64,000 nt of DNA from Spirochaetia bacterium (GTDB lineage: Bacteria > Spirochaetota > Spirochaetia > SZUA-6 > Bin103): positions 2,272,001-2,336,000 of the forward strand of contig OZ241863.1 in the NCBI GenBank assembly GCA_965203055.1, written 5' to 3'. Numbering within the stretch: the stretch's first letter is position 1; every line of letters starts with the position of its first letter. The notes beneath the pieces are model-generated. The model did no database searches and was not told the origin of the DNA. It saw only the letters and a program-made list of their open reading frames with translations. This document shows, one piece after another, positions 22,091 to 31,249 of this stretch. The position numbers and the translations under genes were made by a program.

Positions 22091-23377
22091 ATGCGCATCT
22101 GCATGGTCGCCCTCGGCACCCAAGGCGATGTCCGGCCGCTGCTTGCCCTCGCCGCGGGGTTGCGAAGCGCCGGCGAGCACGTGACCGTCGCCACGCACCG
22201 CTACTTCGAGCGGATGGTCGTCGAGCGCGGCCTCGGCTTTGAGCCGATCGAAGGGAATCCGCGCGACATCATAGACAGCCGCCTCGGCCGCGGCTGGGTG
22301 CAGTCGGGCACCAATCCGCTGCGGTTCACCCGCTACCTGCGGGCGCTGGCCGGCTCGCTGGGCCAGGAGCTGATGGGCGACTGCTACCGCGCCTGCCGCG
22401 GCGCGCAAGCGATCATCACCGGGCTGCTCGGCTACTTCGCCGCCGGCCACGTCGCCGAACGGCTCGAAGTGCCGTTGGCGGCGGCGTTTCTGCAGCCGGT
22501 CACCCCCAGCCGCCACCTGCCCTCGGTATTCTTCGCCGACGTACGCGCCCCGGCGCCGGCGCGCCGCTACTACAACTTCGCCAGCCACGTGCTCGTCGAG
22601 CTGATGTTCTGGAGCATGCTGCGGCGGGAAGTGAACCGCGCGCGGGCCGCGGTCCTCGGACTGCCGGAAGTGCCGCGGCTGCGCACCTTTGCGCGCAACC
22701 TGCGCGGCAACCCGGTGCTGTACGGGTTCAGCCCGACGGTGCTTCCCCCGCCGGCGGACTGGCCGCCCGAGGTACGGGTAACCGGTTACTGGTTCCTCGA
22801 TGAGAGCGGCGCCGGCCGGCAGCCGGAGGCCGCCCTCGCCGCCTTCCTGCAGCGCGGCGCGGCGCCGGTCTACGTCGGGTTCGGCAGCATGAGCGGCAGC
22901 CACGAGGAGGCCCTCACCGCCATCGTGCTCACCGCGTTGCGCCGCTGCGGGCTGCGCGGCGTCCTTGCCACCGGCTGGGGCGGCCTCGGCGCCGCCCGGC
23001 TCCCGGACGACATGCTGATGCTGGATTGGGCGCCCCACGACTGGCTGTTCCCGCGCAGCGCGGCGATCATCCATCACGGCGGCGCCGGTACCACGGCCGC
23101 CGGGCTGCGCTGCGGCGTGCCGCAGGTCATCGTGCCGTTCTTCGGCGATCAACACTTCTGGGGGCAGCGGGTGCACGAGCTGGGCGCCGGTCCGGCCCCG
23201 GTGGCGCGGCGCCGGCTCACCGCGGCGCGCCTGACCGCGGCGCTGGCCGAAGCGGCCGGCGATCCCCGGATGCGGGCGCGCGCGGCCGCCGCCGGGGCGC
23301 GCATCCGCGCCGAGGACGGCGTCGGGAACGCGGTGGCGGAGGTGCGCCGCGCGCTGCGGGAACGGGTTCCGGCGTGA
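22091..23377 (+). CDS. GT1 glycosyltransferase, sterol-glucosyltransferase-like
   Basis: GTQGDVRP, LYGFS, VTGYWF, VYVGFGSM, HHGGAGTT and FGDQHFWG. Confidence 0.9.
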   Translation: MRICMVALGTQGDVRPLLALAAGLRSAGEHVTVATHRYFERMVVERGLGFEPIEGNPRDIIDSRLGRGWVQSGTNPLRFTRYLRALAGSLGQELMGDCYRACRGAQAIITGLLGYFAAGHVAERLEVPLAAAFLQPVTPSRHLPSVFFADVRAPAPARRYYNFASHVLVELMFWSMLRREVNRARAAVLGLPEVPRLRTFARNLRGNPVLYGFSPTVLPPPADWPPEVRVTGYWFLDESGAGRQPEAALAAFLQRGAAPVYVGFGSMSGSHEEALTAIVLTALRRCGLRGVLATGWGGLGAARLPDDMLMLDWAPHDWLFPRSAAIIHHGGAGTTAAGLRCGVPQVIVPFFGDQHFWGQRVHELGAGPAPVARRRLTAARLTAALAEAAGDPRMRARAAAAGARIRAEDGVGNAVAEVRRALRERVPA

Positions 23378-24390
23378 GCGGCGCGCGCGGGCAGGCGCCG
23401 GTGGCGCTGGTCACCGGCGCCTCCGGCATGATCGGCGGCGAGCTGGCGGCGCAACTCGCCGCCGGCGGCCGGCGGGTGCGCTGCCTGCTGCGGCCGGCGA
23501 GCGCCGGCGACCGGCTCGCGGCGCTGCCGGTCGAGGTGGTGCGCGCCGATTTCGATGACCCGGCCGCCCTCGCCGCGGCGATGGCCGGAGTCTCCCGCGT
23601 CTACCACCTCGCCGGCTATCTGCACGCCGGGGCGCCGTTCAGCGGCGGCGAGGACTACGCCCCCTATCGCGCCGCCAACGTCGACTTGACGGACCGCCTG
23701 CTGGCCGCCAGCGCGCGCGCCGGCGTCGAGCGGTTCCTGTTCGCCAGCACCACCGGCGTCTACGGGGCGGCGGCCGCCGCGCCGATCGCCGAAGATGACC
23801 CCACCGAGCCATTCTCGGCCTACGGCCGCTCCAAGCTGGAGGCCGAAGGGCTGGTGCGCGCCTGGGCCCGGCGCGGCCTCGACGTCACCATCGTGCGGCC
23901 CAGCGCCACCTACGGAGCAGGCGATCGGCACTTCCTGCCGGCCGCCCTGGCGCTGGCGCGCATGCGGCGGATACCGCTGGTCGACGGCGGGCGCCATCTG
24001 GTCGACTTCGGCCACGTCAGCGACGTCGCGCGCCTCATGCTGCTGGCCGGCGAGTCGCCGGCGGCCCGCGGCAAGACCTACAACGCCGCCTCCGGGCATC
24101 CGCAGCCGCTGCGCGACCTGTTCTCCGAGTACGCTTCCCTGACCGGCAAGCCGGCCCCCGTGATCGTGCCGGTGCCGGCCGGCCTGTGCCGGGCGCTCGG
24201 GCCGCTGCTGCAGGCGGCGGTAGGCGTCTGCGCGCCCGCGCTGCGGCACCTCGTTACCCGTGACGGGCTGGCCTATCTGGCGCGGGACGTAAGCTACGAC
24301 ATGACCCGCGCCGGCGAGGACCTTGGCTTTCGCCCGCGGGTGGACTTTCGCACCGGCCTGGCGCTGACGCTGCCGGCGGCCCGCGCCTGA
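23374..24390 (+). CDS. Extended SDR (NAD-dependent epimerase/3beta-HSD family)
   Basis: TGASGMIG, YHLAG, YGRSK and VRPSATYG; the GTG start overlaps the GT1 stop. Confidence 0.85.
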   Translation: MSGARGQAPVALVTGASGMIGGELAAQLAAGGRRVRCLLRPASAGDRLAALPVEVVRADFDDPAALAAAMAGVSRVYHLAGYLHAGAPFSGGEDYAPYRAANVDLTDRLLAASARAGVERFLFASTTGVYGAAAAAPIAEDDPTEPFSAYGRSKLEAEGLVRAWARRGLDVTIVRPSATYGAGDRHFLPAALALARMRRIPLVDGGRHLVDFGHVSDVARLMLLAGESPAARGKTYNAASGHPQPLRDLFSEYASLTGKPAPVIVPVPAGLCRALGPLLQAAVGVCAPALRHLVTRDGLAYLARDVSYDMTRAGEDLGFRPRVDFRTGLALTLPAARA

Positions 24391-24436
24391 GCAGACCGCC
24401 CGCCAGGCCGGAGCCTGCCTGCCGCGCGCCGCGCTT

Positions 24437-26467
24437 TCAGAACCGGTAGCTGGCGCAGGCCACCTCGATGCCGGGACCGACGGCCAGAAACAGGCCCAGG
24501 GCGCCGGGCTGCGCGGCGCGCGCCGGGATCGCCTCCCAGCCGGCGGCCGCGGCGGAAGTAAACAGATCCTCCGTCCCGCAGGCCACCAGCCGTGCCGGGT
24601 CCAGTTCCAGGGCGGCGGCGAGGCGGGCCAGAAACCGGGGCGAGATCTGCGGCGGCAGGATCACCGCGAAGTCGTCCAGGGTACGCTGCTCCTCGCGCAG
24701 CAGCGCGCCTACGCCGGCGGCCAGCGCATCCAGATAGTAGTCCTGCAGGCGGGGGTCGCTGACGACGCGCAGCCGCGGCGGGCCGGAGGTGTCGGTCTGC
24801 GCGTACGCATGATACCGCTCCAGGTGCTCCGGCCGACTGGCGAAGTAGAAGCTGCGAAATCCCGTCGCGTCCCCGCTGCGCTCCAGCCGCAAAGCCGATC
24901 CGGCGCTGGCCGCGGCCAGCGGGGGCTGCCCCGCCACCGGCGTCTCGCCATACTCCGAGGTGGCCACCACGCCGGTGCCGCCGCGCGACAACAGCAGCCG
25001 CCCGGCCACCTGACAGGCCATGAGCACGCCCGGCGGCCCGTTCATCAGGTCGAACGCCAGCAACTGGCGCGTGCCGGCGTCGGCGCAGGATCCCTTGAGC
25101 CCCATCTCGCGCGCCACCAGCGTGGCCAGCGCCGGTTCGGAAACGAACGCTTCGCGGTACACGCCGGAGTACACCAGCAGTGCCAGATCCGGGGCGGCGC
25201 CGGAGGCCAGCACGCGCGCCGCGGCGCGCGCCGCCAGGGCGACGCTGCCGCCGGTGCCCTCGCCCGCGGGGCGGCAGGTGGCGGCCGCGGCGATGCGAAC
25301 CCGTTCGCCGGCCGGGATGGCGCGGTAATAGTCGCCCGCAGCGCCCGCCCCGACGCGCGGCTCCGGCGCCGGGGCAGGCGCCGCGGGCGCCGGCGGCGGA
25401 GCCCCGCGCCCGTTGGCGCCGGCGGCGAACTCCCCCACTCGATACTGCGCCACGCCGATGGTGATTCCGGACGCCTGGATGCTGAACATCACGCGCTGGC
25501 CGGGCCGCACCGCGGTGCCGTCGATCAGGTCCTTGAGCGCCACCCAGTGCGAGGTGGTGGCCGTGTTGCCGCGGTGCTTGAGGTTGTCCACCATGTTGCC
25601 GGTGTGGCACATCTTGCGCCCGAAGCGGCGGTTCATCAGGCGGGTGGCTTCCTTGATCGAGTTGGAGGAAGTCTGATGCGGGATGTAGTAGAGCGGATCG
25701 TCCACTACCCGGCCGCCGGTCATCAGCGCGTGAAAGTGGGCGACGATGTCGCGCAGCGCCGCCCGCGCCAGCGCCACCGAATCGGTGAACATGATGGCGC
25801 CGTAGGTCTCCGCCGCATGAGCGGTGCACAGGTCGGCGTGCTCCGGCACGGTATACAGGTCGAGGAACTCGAACCCCGTCCCCTGCTCCAGCAGCAGGCA
25901 GACGCCGGCGTCGCCCAGCGTCAGGCACGCCAGGCGCTGGTCATGGCTGCCCTCCAGTTCCCGTTGCGCGGTGGCGGTGAGATGGGTGATGTACTCGCCG
26001 CTCACCACCAGCGCGCGGCGGATGTCGCCGCGGCGGATCAGCTCGTCCACCACCAGGATCGCCGTGAACACCCCGGCGCAGGCGTTGCCGAGGTCGAACG
26101 CCGCGGCGCCGTGCAGCCCGAAGTGCTTGCGCAGCACGGTGGCCGTGGTCGGCTCGATGTTGTAGTTGAGCGGCGCGTCCTGCTTGGAGATGTTGGCCGC
26201 GACGACCAGATCGATGGCCGACGGGTGATGGCGCGACTGCGCCAGACATCGCGCTACCGCGGCCTTGGCCAGGTCGACCGAGAATTCGCCGTCGCCGGCC
26301 ATCCGCCGGGTGGCAATGCCGGTCATTCGCTCCAGCGGCACCCGCGGCCGCCGCCGGCACCCGTTGAGCACCGTCCGGGTAGTCACTTCCCGCTCCGGGA
26401 GATAGACGCCGAGGCTCTCGACGCTGGTGTTGGCGGTCGTCCCCCAGGCAGCCGGCTCCGCGCTCAC
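24437..26467 (-). CDS. Tandem two-domain OleA/FabH-like condensing enzyme (second domain lacks the catalytic Cys)
   Basis: Domain 1 has IEPTTA, FDLGNACAG, LTLGDAG, PHQTS and GNTATTS. A Pro/Ala linker follows. Domain 2 has SEPALA and FDLMNGPPG. GAGGA precedes GTG 26467. Confidence 0.8.
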   Translation of the reverse strand: MSAEPAAWGTTANTSVESLGVYLPEREVTTRTVLNGCRRRPRVPLERMTGIATRRMAGDGEFSVDLAKAAVARCLAQSRHHPSAIDLVVAANISKQDAPLNYNIEPTTATVLRKHFGLHGAAAFDLGNACAGVFTAILVVDELIRRGDIRRALVVSGEYITHLTATAQRELEGSHDQRLACLTLGDAGVCLLLEQGTGFEFLDLYTVPEHADLCTAHAAETYGAIMFTDSVALARAALRDIVAHFHALMTGGRVVDDPLYYIPHQTSSNSIKEATRLMNRRFGRKMCHTGNMVDNLKHRGNTATTSHWVALKDLIDGTAVRPGQRVMFSIQASGITIGVAQYRVGEFAAGANGRGAPPPAPAAPAPAPEPRVGAGAAGDYYRAIPAGERVRIAAAATCRPAGEGTGGSVALAARAAARVLASGAAPDLALLVYSGVYREAFVSEPALATLVAREMGLKGSCADAGTRQLLAFDLMNGPPGVLMACQVAGRLLLSRGGTGVVATSEYGETPVAGQPPLAAASAGSALRLERSGDATGFRSFYFASRPEHLERYHAYAQTDTSGPPRLRVVSDPRLQDYYLDALAAGVGALLREEQRTLDDFAVILPPQISPRFLARLAAALELDPARLVACGTEDLFTSAAAAGWEAIPARAAQPGALGLFLAVGPGIEVACASYRF

Positions 26468-26643
26468 GAATAGGTCCTCTTGTCGTTCACCAATGCTCCA
26501 GTTCGCCGCGGCCACCATACCACAACCGCGCACGTTAGTCGCCGGTCCGCCCGCCCCCGGCTCCGCGCGCTCCCGCCGCCGTTCCCGTTGACCGGGAGCG
26601 GCAACAAGTGTAGCGTGGCGCCCGCCTGGGAACACCGCGCCCG

Positions 26644-28056
26644 ATGTCCGATCACTCAGCCCGAATTCGCGCCCTCCACGACCGGCTCAGAGGCATCGCG
26701 CTGCGCTGGGCCATGGGCAGACCGGTCGACGACGCGGCCGCCCGCGCGGTCCGGCGGGCCGCCATCAGCGCCAATCACCGCCACTACTTCGAACGCATTC
26801 CTATCTACCGCCGGCTTGCCGACCAGGCCGGGATACCGGCGGAGGCGACCTTCGAGCAGATCAGCCGCGAGCTGATGTCCACCGACCACATCTTCAAGTC
26901 CTACCCGCAGGCCCTGCTGGACGGCAACGATTACGGCGCCATGAACGAGTGGCTGCGGCAGGTGTTCGACCGCCCGGTGGAGGTGCCGGTCGCCGGCCTC
27001 GACTCGGTGGACGGGTGGCTGGAGCGGCTGCGCGCGGGCGGGATTCACACGGTGTTCAGTTCCGGCACCAGCGGCCAGATCTCCTTCGTCCCGCGCGACG
27101 GGTATACCTGGTCGCTGCTCACCGGGCTGAGCACCTCCTACGTTCCGCTGTTCCAGATGCGCCAGGGCATTGCGCGCGGGTGGGAGCGGCTGGCGGCGCG
27201 CAGCGCGGCGCGGCTGCTGGCGCCGCAGCGCTTCACGCAGTTCTTTCAACGCCGCGGGCTGCGCAGCTTCGACGGGTTCTTCCTCTCCTTCTCCGGCGGC
27301 ACCCAGGGCACCCAGGTGGTGGGGCAGGTGCTCGCCGGCATGGTCGCCCGCGCCACCTTCCTGTTCGACCTGCAGCTTTCGGCCACCGCGGTGCGGGCGC
27401 TGGTGCGCGGGGCGGCCAGCGACCTCGAGCAGCGCCTGGCCGACGAATTCCTGGAAGCGACGGTGCAGCGCCGGGAGGAAAACTACCGCCGGATGCTGGC
27501 GGCGATGCGCGCCTCGGTCGCCTCCCGCCGGCGCGCGCTGGTGTTCGGCGCGCCGTTCATGATCAAGGAGTTCTGCGACTGGCTGGTCGCCGCCGGCGAG
27601 GAGCTCGCGCTGCGTCCCGGCAGCATGCTGTTCCACGGCGGCGGCTGGAAGAGCTTCGAGGGCGACCGCATCGACGAGTCGGCGCTGCTCGCCCTGGTGG
27701 AGCAGGCCACCGGCGTGACCCCCGGCAACGTCAGCGAAGGCTACTCCATGACCGAGGCGCAGGTGGTGTTTCCGCGCTGCCGGGAGGGACGCTTCCACGT
27801 ACCGCCGATCACCGAGACGGTGATCTTCGACGACGCGCTGGAGCCTCTGGAGGGCGATGACGTGTATGGCGCGCTCGGCTTCCTCGATCCCTTCGCCGCC
27901 TGCTATCCGGGGTTCATCATCACCGGCGACAACGTGCGCCGGCGGACGCAGGAGTGTCCCTGCGGCGTCAGCGGACTCACCATCACCGACGTCGCCCGCG
28001 CCGCGGGCCGCGAGGTGAAGGGATGCGGCGGCATCATGGCCGCCATGCAGGGCTGA
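26644..28056 (+). CDS. LuxE-like acyl-protein synthetase
   Basis: FSSGTSG, GGGWKSF, YSMTE, YPGFIITGD and C-terminal REVKGCG carrying the acyl-acceptor Cys. Confidence 0.82.
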   Translation: MSDHSARIRALHDRLRGIALRWAMGRPVDDAAARAVRRAAISANHRHYFERIPIYRRLADQAGIPAEATFEQISRELMSTDHIFKSYPQALLDGNDYGAMNEWLRQVFDRPVEVPVAGLDSVDGWLERLRAGGIHTVFSSGTSGQISFVPRDGYTWSLLTGLSTSYVPLFQMRQGIARGWERLAARSAARLLAPQRFTQFFQRRGLRSFDGFFLSFSGGTQGTQVVGQVLAGMVARATFLFDLQLSATAVRALVRGAASDLEQRLADEFLEATVQRREENYRRMLAAMRASVASRRRALVFGAPFMIKEFCDWLVAAGEELALRPGSMLFHGGGWKSFEGDRIDESALLALVEQATGVTPGNVSEGYSMTEAQVVFPRCREGRFHVPPITETVIFDDALEPLEGDDVYGALGFLDPFAACYPGFIITGDNVRRRTQECPCGVSGLTITDVARAAGREVKGCGGIMAAMQG

Positions 28057-28058
28057 CG

Positions 28059-29681
28059 TTGACCGCCCCGACCAGTGGCCGCGCGCCGGCCATCAGCGTC
28101 GACTCCGAGGGAGTGATCCGGCTGCCCGCGCTGGTGCGCGGCCGGTTGATCATGCCGCCGGCGGTGCCCCGCCGGGAGATCGAGGCCGCCTTCGCCGGCG
28201 CCGCGAACGGGCCGGCTGCGGAGCCGCCGGCGCTGGTCAAGTTGCCGGAGGCGTGGGTGTTGCGCGAACCGATCCTGGACCGCGCCGCGATGCGCGCCAC
28301 CGGCGGCTACCAGTATCAGGTCCTGCCGGCGGTGAATCCGCGGCAGTTGCCGGAGGACGATCTCGACGCGCTGGCGGAGGAGCTGTACGAGCTCCCGTTC
28401 GCCGAAGTGCTGAGCTATCTCGACGGCCTGCGGCAGGCCTACGCCGGCGACCGCGAGCTGCAGCGGCAGGTCAAGGCGCTGGCGCGGCAGACCTCGGAGG
28501 CGCCCGATCCCTACGTCGACGCCGGCTTCGCGGTGTTCCCGGCGATGCTGGAGCGCGGCGTGGCCGAGGCGATGGTGGACGCCGAGCTGGCGGCCTGGCA
28601 GATTCCGGGGCGCCGCTTCCTGGACGGTTGGGTCGAGGTGCCGGGCACCCTCTACCCGGCGCCGGTGCACCTGATCCATGCCGGGAACCTGCCGCCGATT
28701 GCCGACTACGACCCGGCGCAGGCGGCGCCGCGCATCCGCGCGCTGCCGACGCGCCAGCTTCACGTCACCGCCGGCAACTCGCCGCTGGTGCCGCTGGCCT
28801 CGCTGCTGCGCGCCCTCTGGACCAAGTCCGCGGCCACCGTCAAGCTGCCCTACGGGGCGACTCTGGCCGGCGCCTACCTGGCCCAGTTGGCCGCCCACAC
28901 CTTTCCCGACCACCCGCTCACCCGCCACCTGTCGGTGCTCTACTGGCCGGGCGGCGACCGGCAGTTCGAGGCGCCGCTGTTCCTGCCGGGACGCTACGAC
29001 CGCATCGTGGTGTGGGGCGCTCCCAACGCGGTGCAGTCGGTCACCGAGCGCGCGGCCTTCACCAAGACGGTCACCTTCAACCCGCGCTACGGGGTCAGCC
29101 TGATCGGCCGCGAGGCGTTCGCGCACCTGGAACAGGTGGTGAGCCGCGCGGTGTGCGACACCCTGATCCAGGGTCAGAAGGCGTGCATCGCCTCGCAGAT
29201 CCACTATCTGGAAGGAGATCAGGCGCAGGCGGAACGCTACGCCGCGGCGTTGCGCGACGAGTTGGGGCGCTGGGACGGCTTCGCGCCGGCCGCGCTGAGC
29301 CGGTCGCAGCAGGGGCAACTGCGGCGCATGAAGCGCGGCAGCTTTCTGGGCGCCACCTGGTTCGAGAATCAGGCCGGCGGGCAGTTTCGCTCCGCGGTGG
29401 CGGTGATGCCGAACGAGTTCAACATCATGGAGCATCCGCTGTGCCGGCTGATCGTGGTGCGTCCGGTGCCGGAGCTGGAGCAGGCGCTGCAGTACCTGCA
29501 TCCGGGGGTGGCCACCGCCGGCGTGTTCCCGGAGGCGCGGCGCCGGGCGCTGAGCGTGCGCATCGGGACGCGCGGCGTCAGCAACGTGCCGCCGCTGGGA
29601 CAGGCCGGCTACACCTGGCCGGGGATGCCGCACGACGGCATGCTGGTGCTCAGCGAACTGGTGGACTGGAAGACCGCCTAG
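28059..29681 (+). CDS. LuxC-like acyl-CoA/acyl-protein reductase (ALDH fold)
   Basis: TAGNSP, VKLP, VVWGA, QKACIASQ (catalytic Cys) and PHDG..VLSELV. The start codon is uncertain. Confidence 0.8.
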   Translation: MTAPTSGRAPAISVDSEGVIRLPALVRGRLIMPPAVPRREIEAAFAGAANGPAAEPPALVKLPEAWVLREPILDRAAMRATGGYQYQVLPAVNPRQLPEDDLDALAEELYELPFAEVLSYLDGLRQAYAGDRELQRQVKALARQTSEAPDPYVDAGFAVFPAMLERGVAEAMVDAELAAWQIPGRRFLDGWVEVPGTLYPAPVHLIHAGNLPPIADYDPAQAAPRIRALPTRQLHVTAGNSPLVPLASLLRALWTKSAATVKLPYGATLAGAYLAQLAAHTFPDHPLTRHLSVLYWPGGDRQFEAPLFLPGRYDRIVVWGAPNAVQSVTERAAFTKTVTFNPRYGVSLIGREAFAHLEQVVSRAVCDTLIQGQKACIASQIHYLEGDQAQAERYAAALRDELGRWDGFAPAALSRSQQGQLRRMKRGSFLGATWFENQAGGQFRSAVAVMPNEFNIMEHPLCRLIVVRPVPELEQALQYLHPGVATAGVFPEARRRALSVRIGTRGVSNVPPLGQAGYTWPGMPHDGMLVLSELVDWKTA

Positions 29682-30685
29682 TCGCCGGCCGGCGGGGCCG
29701 CCGCCCAGGAGCGCGCCAGGCGCCGCAGCCCCTCGGCGATCGACACCGGCGGCGCATAGCCGAGATCGCGGCGCGCGGCGCTGATGTCGAACCAGTGCGA
29801 CGAGGAGATCTCCCGCACCAGGAAGCGGGTCAACGGCGGGGCCGCGGCGGGCCGCAGCAGGCGGCCCGCCCCCTCCGCCAGACCGGCCGCGGCCAGCGCC
29901 AGCCAGCGCGGCACGCGGCGCCGCACCGGCGGCGCGCCGGCCAGTCGCAGCAGCCGGCCCACGAACTGCCACAGGTCCACCGGCTCGCCCTGGGAGATGA
30001 AGTAGGCGCGGCCCGCGGGGCGCGCGCCCGGCGCGAGCCGCTCCACCGCCAGCGCGTGCGCTTCCGCGGCGCTGTCGATGTAGGTCACGTCGATGCGAAA
30101 CGGACCGCGCCCGATCCGCACCAGGCGCCCGCGCCGGGCGCGGGCGATCAGCGCCGGCACCAAGTGGCGGTCGCCGGGGCCCCAGATCAGGTGCGGGCGC
30201 AGCGCCGCGGCGGCCAGCGCGCCGTCGTTGGCCGCCAGCACCGCCTGCTCCGCCAGGGCCTTGGTCCGCGCATAGGGCGAGTCGTAGTGGTCGGGATAGG
30301 GTATCGACTCATCGACGCCGCGCAGGTCGCGGCCGGCGAACACCACGCTCGGCGAGCTGGCGAACACCAGCCGCTCCACCCGGTGGGCGCGGCAGCCGGC
30401 GATTACCGCCTCGGTGCCGGCCACGTTTACCTCGTGGAAGCGGCGCGCGGTGCCCGGAGTGCCGGGTACCAGCGCCGCGGCGTGCACTACCGCCCGGCAG
30501 CCGGCGCAGGCCGCGGCGGTGGCGCGCGGGTCCGCCAGGTCGCCGCGCACCTGCTCCACGCCGCAGGCCGCCAGCGCCGGGTAGCTGCCCCGCGCGTAGC
30601 TGCGCACCTGATGGCCGCGGCGCAGCAGCCGCTCCACCACGGCGCGTCCCAGGAAGCCGCCGCCGCCGGTCACCAGCACCTTCAC
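29678..30685 (-). CDS. OleD-like 2-alkyl-3-oxoalkanoate reductase (3beta-HSD family)
   Basis: VLVTGGGGFLG, YPAL..GVEQVRGDLAD, YARTKALAE, LRPHLIWGPGD, YFISQGEP and PLTRFLV follow OleD as I recall it. Confidence 0.75.
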   Translation of the reverse strand: MKVLVTGGGGFLGRAVVERLLRRGHQVRSYARGSYPALAACGVEQVRGDLADPRATAAACAGCRAVVHAAALVPGTPGTARRFHEVNVAGTEAVIAGCRAHRVERLVFASSPSVVFAGRDLRGVDESIPYPDHYDSPYARTKALAEQAVLAANDGALAAAALRPHLIWGPGDRHLVPALIARARRGRLVRIGRGPFRIDVTYIDSAAEAHALAVERLAPGARPAGRAYFISQGEPVDLWQFVGRLLRLAGAPPVRRRVPRWLALAAAGLAEGAGRLLRPAAAPPLTRFLVREISSSHWFDISAARRDLGYAPPVSIAEGLRRLARSWAAAPPAGD

Positions 30686-30693
30686 GGCGCGGC

Positions 30694-31188
30694 CTAGGCG
30701 GGGTCGGAGCGCGCCGGCGCCGGTCCCGCCGGCCCCCCGCTCGTCGGCCCCCCGCGGCCGGCCAACTTGCGCCACGTGGCGTACAGGAACCAGCAGATGA
30801 GGAGGTTGGCCGGCAGCGTGACGAGCAGCGCAGCGGTGCCGAACGGCGTGATGCTCTCGGCGAAGACCAGATAGGTCCAGTCGGCGAACAGCTCGCTGAG
30901 GCGGATGCCGGTCACCAGCAGCAGCCAATGCGCGGCGCGGCGCCAGCGCGGCAGGGCCAGAATCTGCACCGCGGCGAACGCGGCCCAGATGGCGCCGGTG
31001 CGGCGCAGCAGCCCCTGCGGGTCGACGTAGGCGGCGTCGTGCAGGAGGCGGTACCAGATCTGCGGCAGCAGGAACGCCCCCACCGCGACCAGCAGGTCGA
31101 ACGCCACCAGCGCGATCAGGATCACGTCCACCAGCCGCCCGCGCGCGGCGCCGATCCGGGCATTACTCACGTAGGTCGATGACAACAT
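30694..31188 (-). CDS. Small integral membrane protein (about 4 transmembrane helices), probably co-transcribed with the OleD-like gene
   Basis: Hydrophobic helices; ends 8 bp before the next start. Confidence 0.6.
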   Translation of the reverse strand: MLSSTYVSNARIGAARGRLVDVILIALVAFDLLVAVGAFLLPQIWYRLLHDAAYVDPQGLLRRTGAIWAAFAAVQILALPRWRRAAHWLLLVTGIRLSELFADWTYLVFAESITPFGTAALLVTLPANLLICWFLYATWRKLAGRGGPTSGGPAGPAPARSDPA

Positions 31189-31249
31189 GGGCGTGCGCCT
31201 GAGTATAGCGAGAGACGGGCGCGCGCCGCCGGTGTAGAGTGGCGGCGTC

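Noticed and set aside
26644..29681. Bioluminescence (lux) operon
   Set aside because: No luxA, luxB or luxD in the window, and the context is lipid synthesis.
24437..30685. Canonical oleABCD olefin cluster
   Set aside because: No OleB alpha/beta-hydrolase or OleC-type AMP ligase, and the OleA-like protein is a two-domain fusion.
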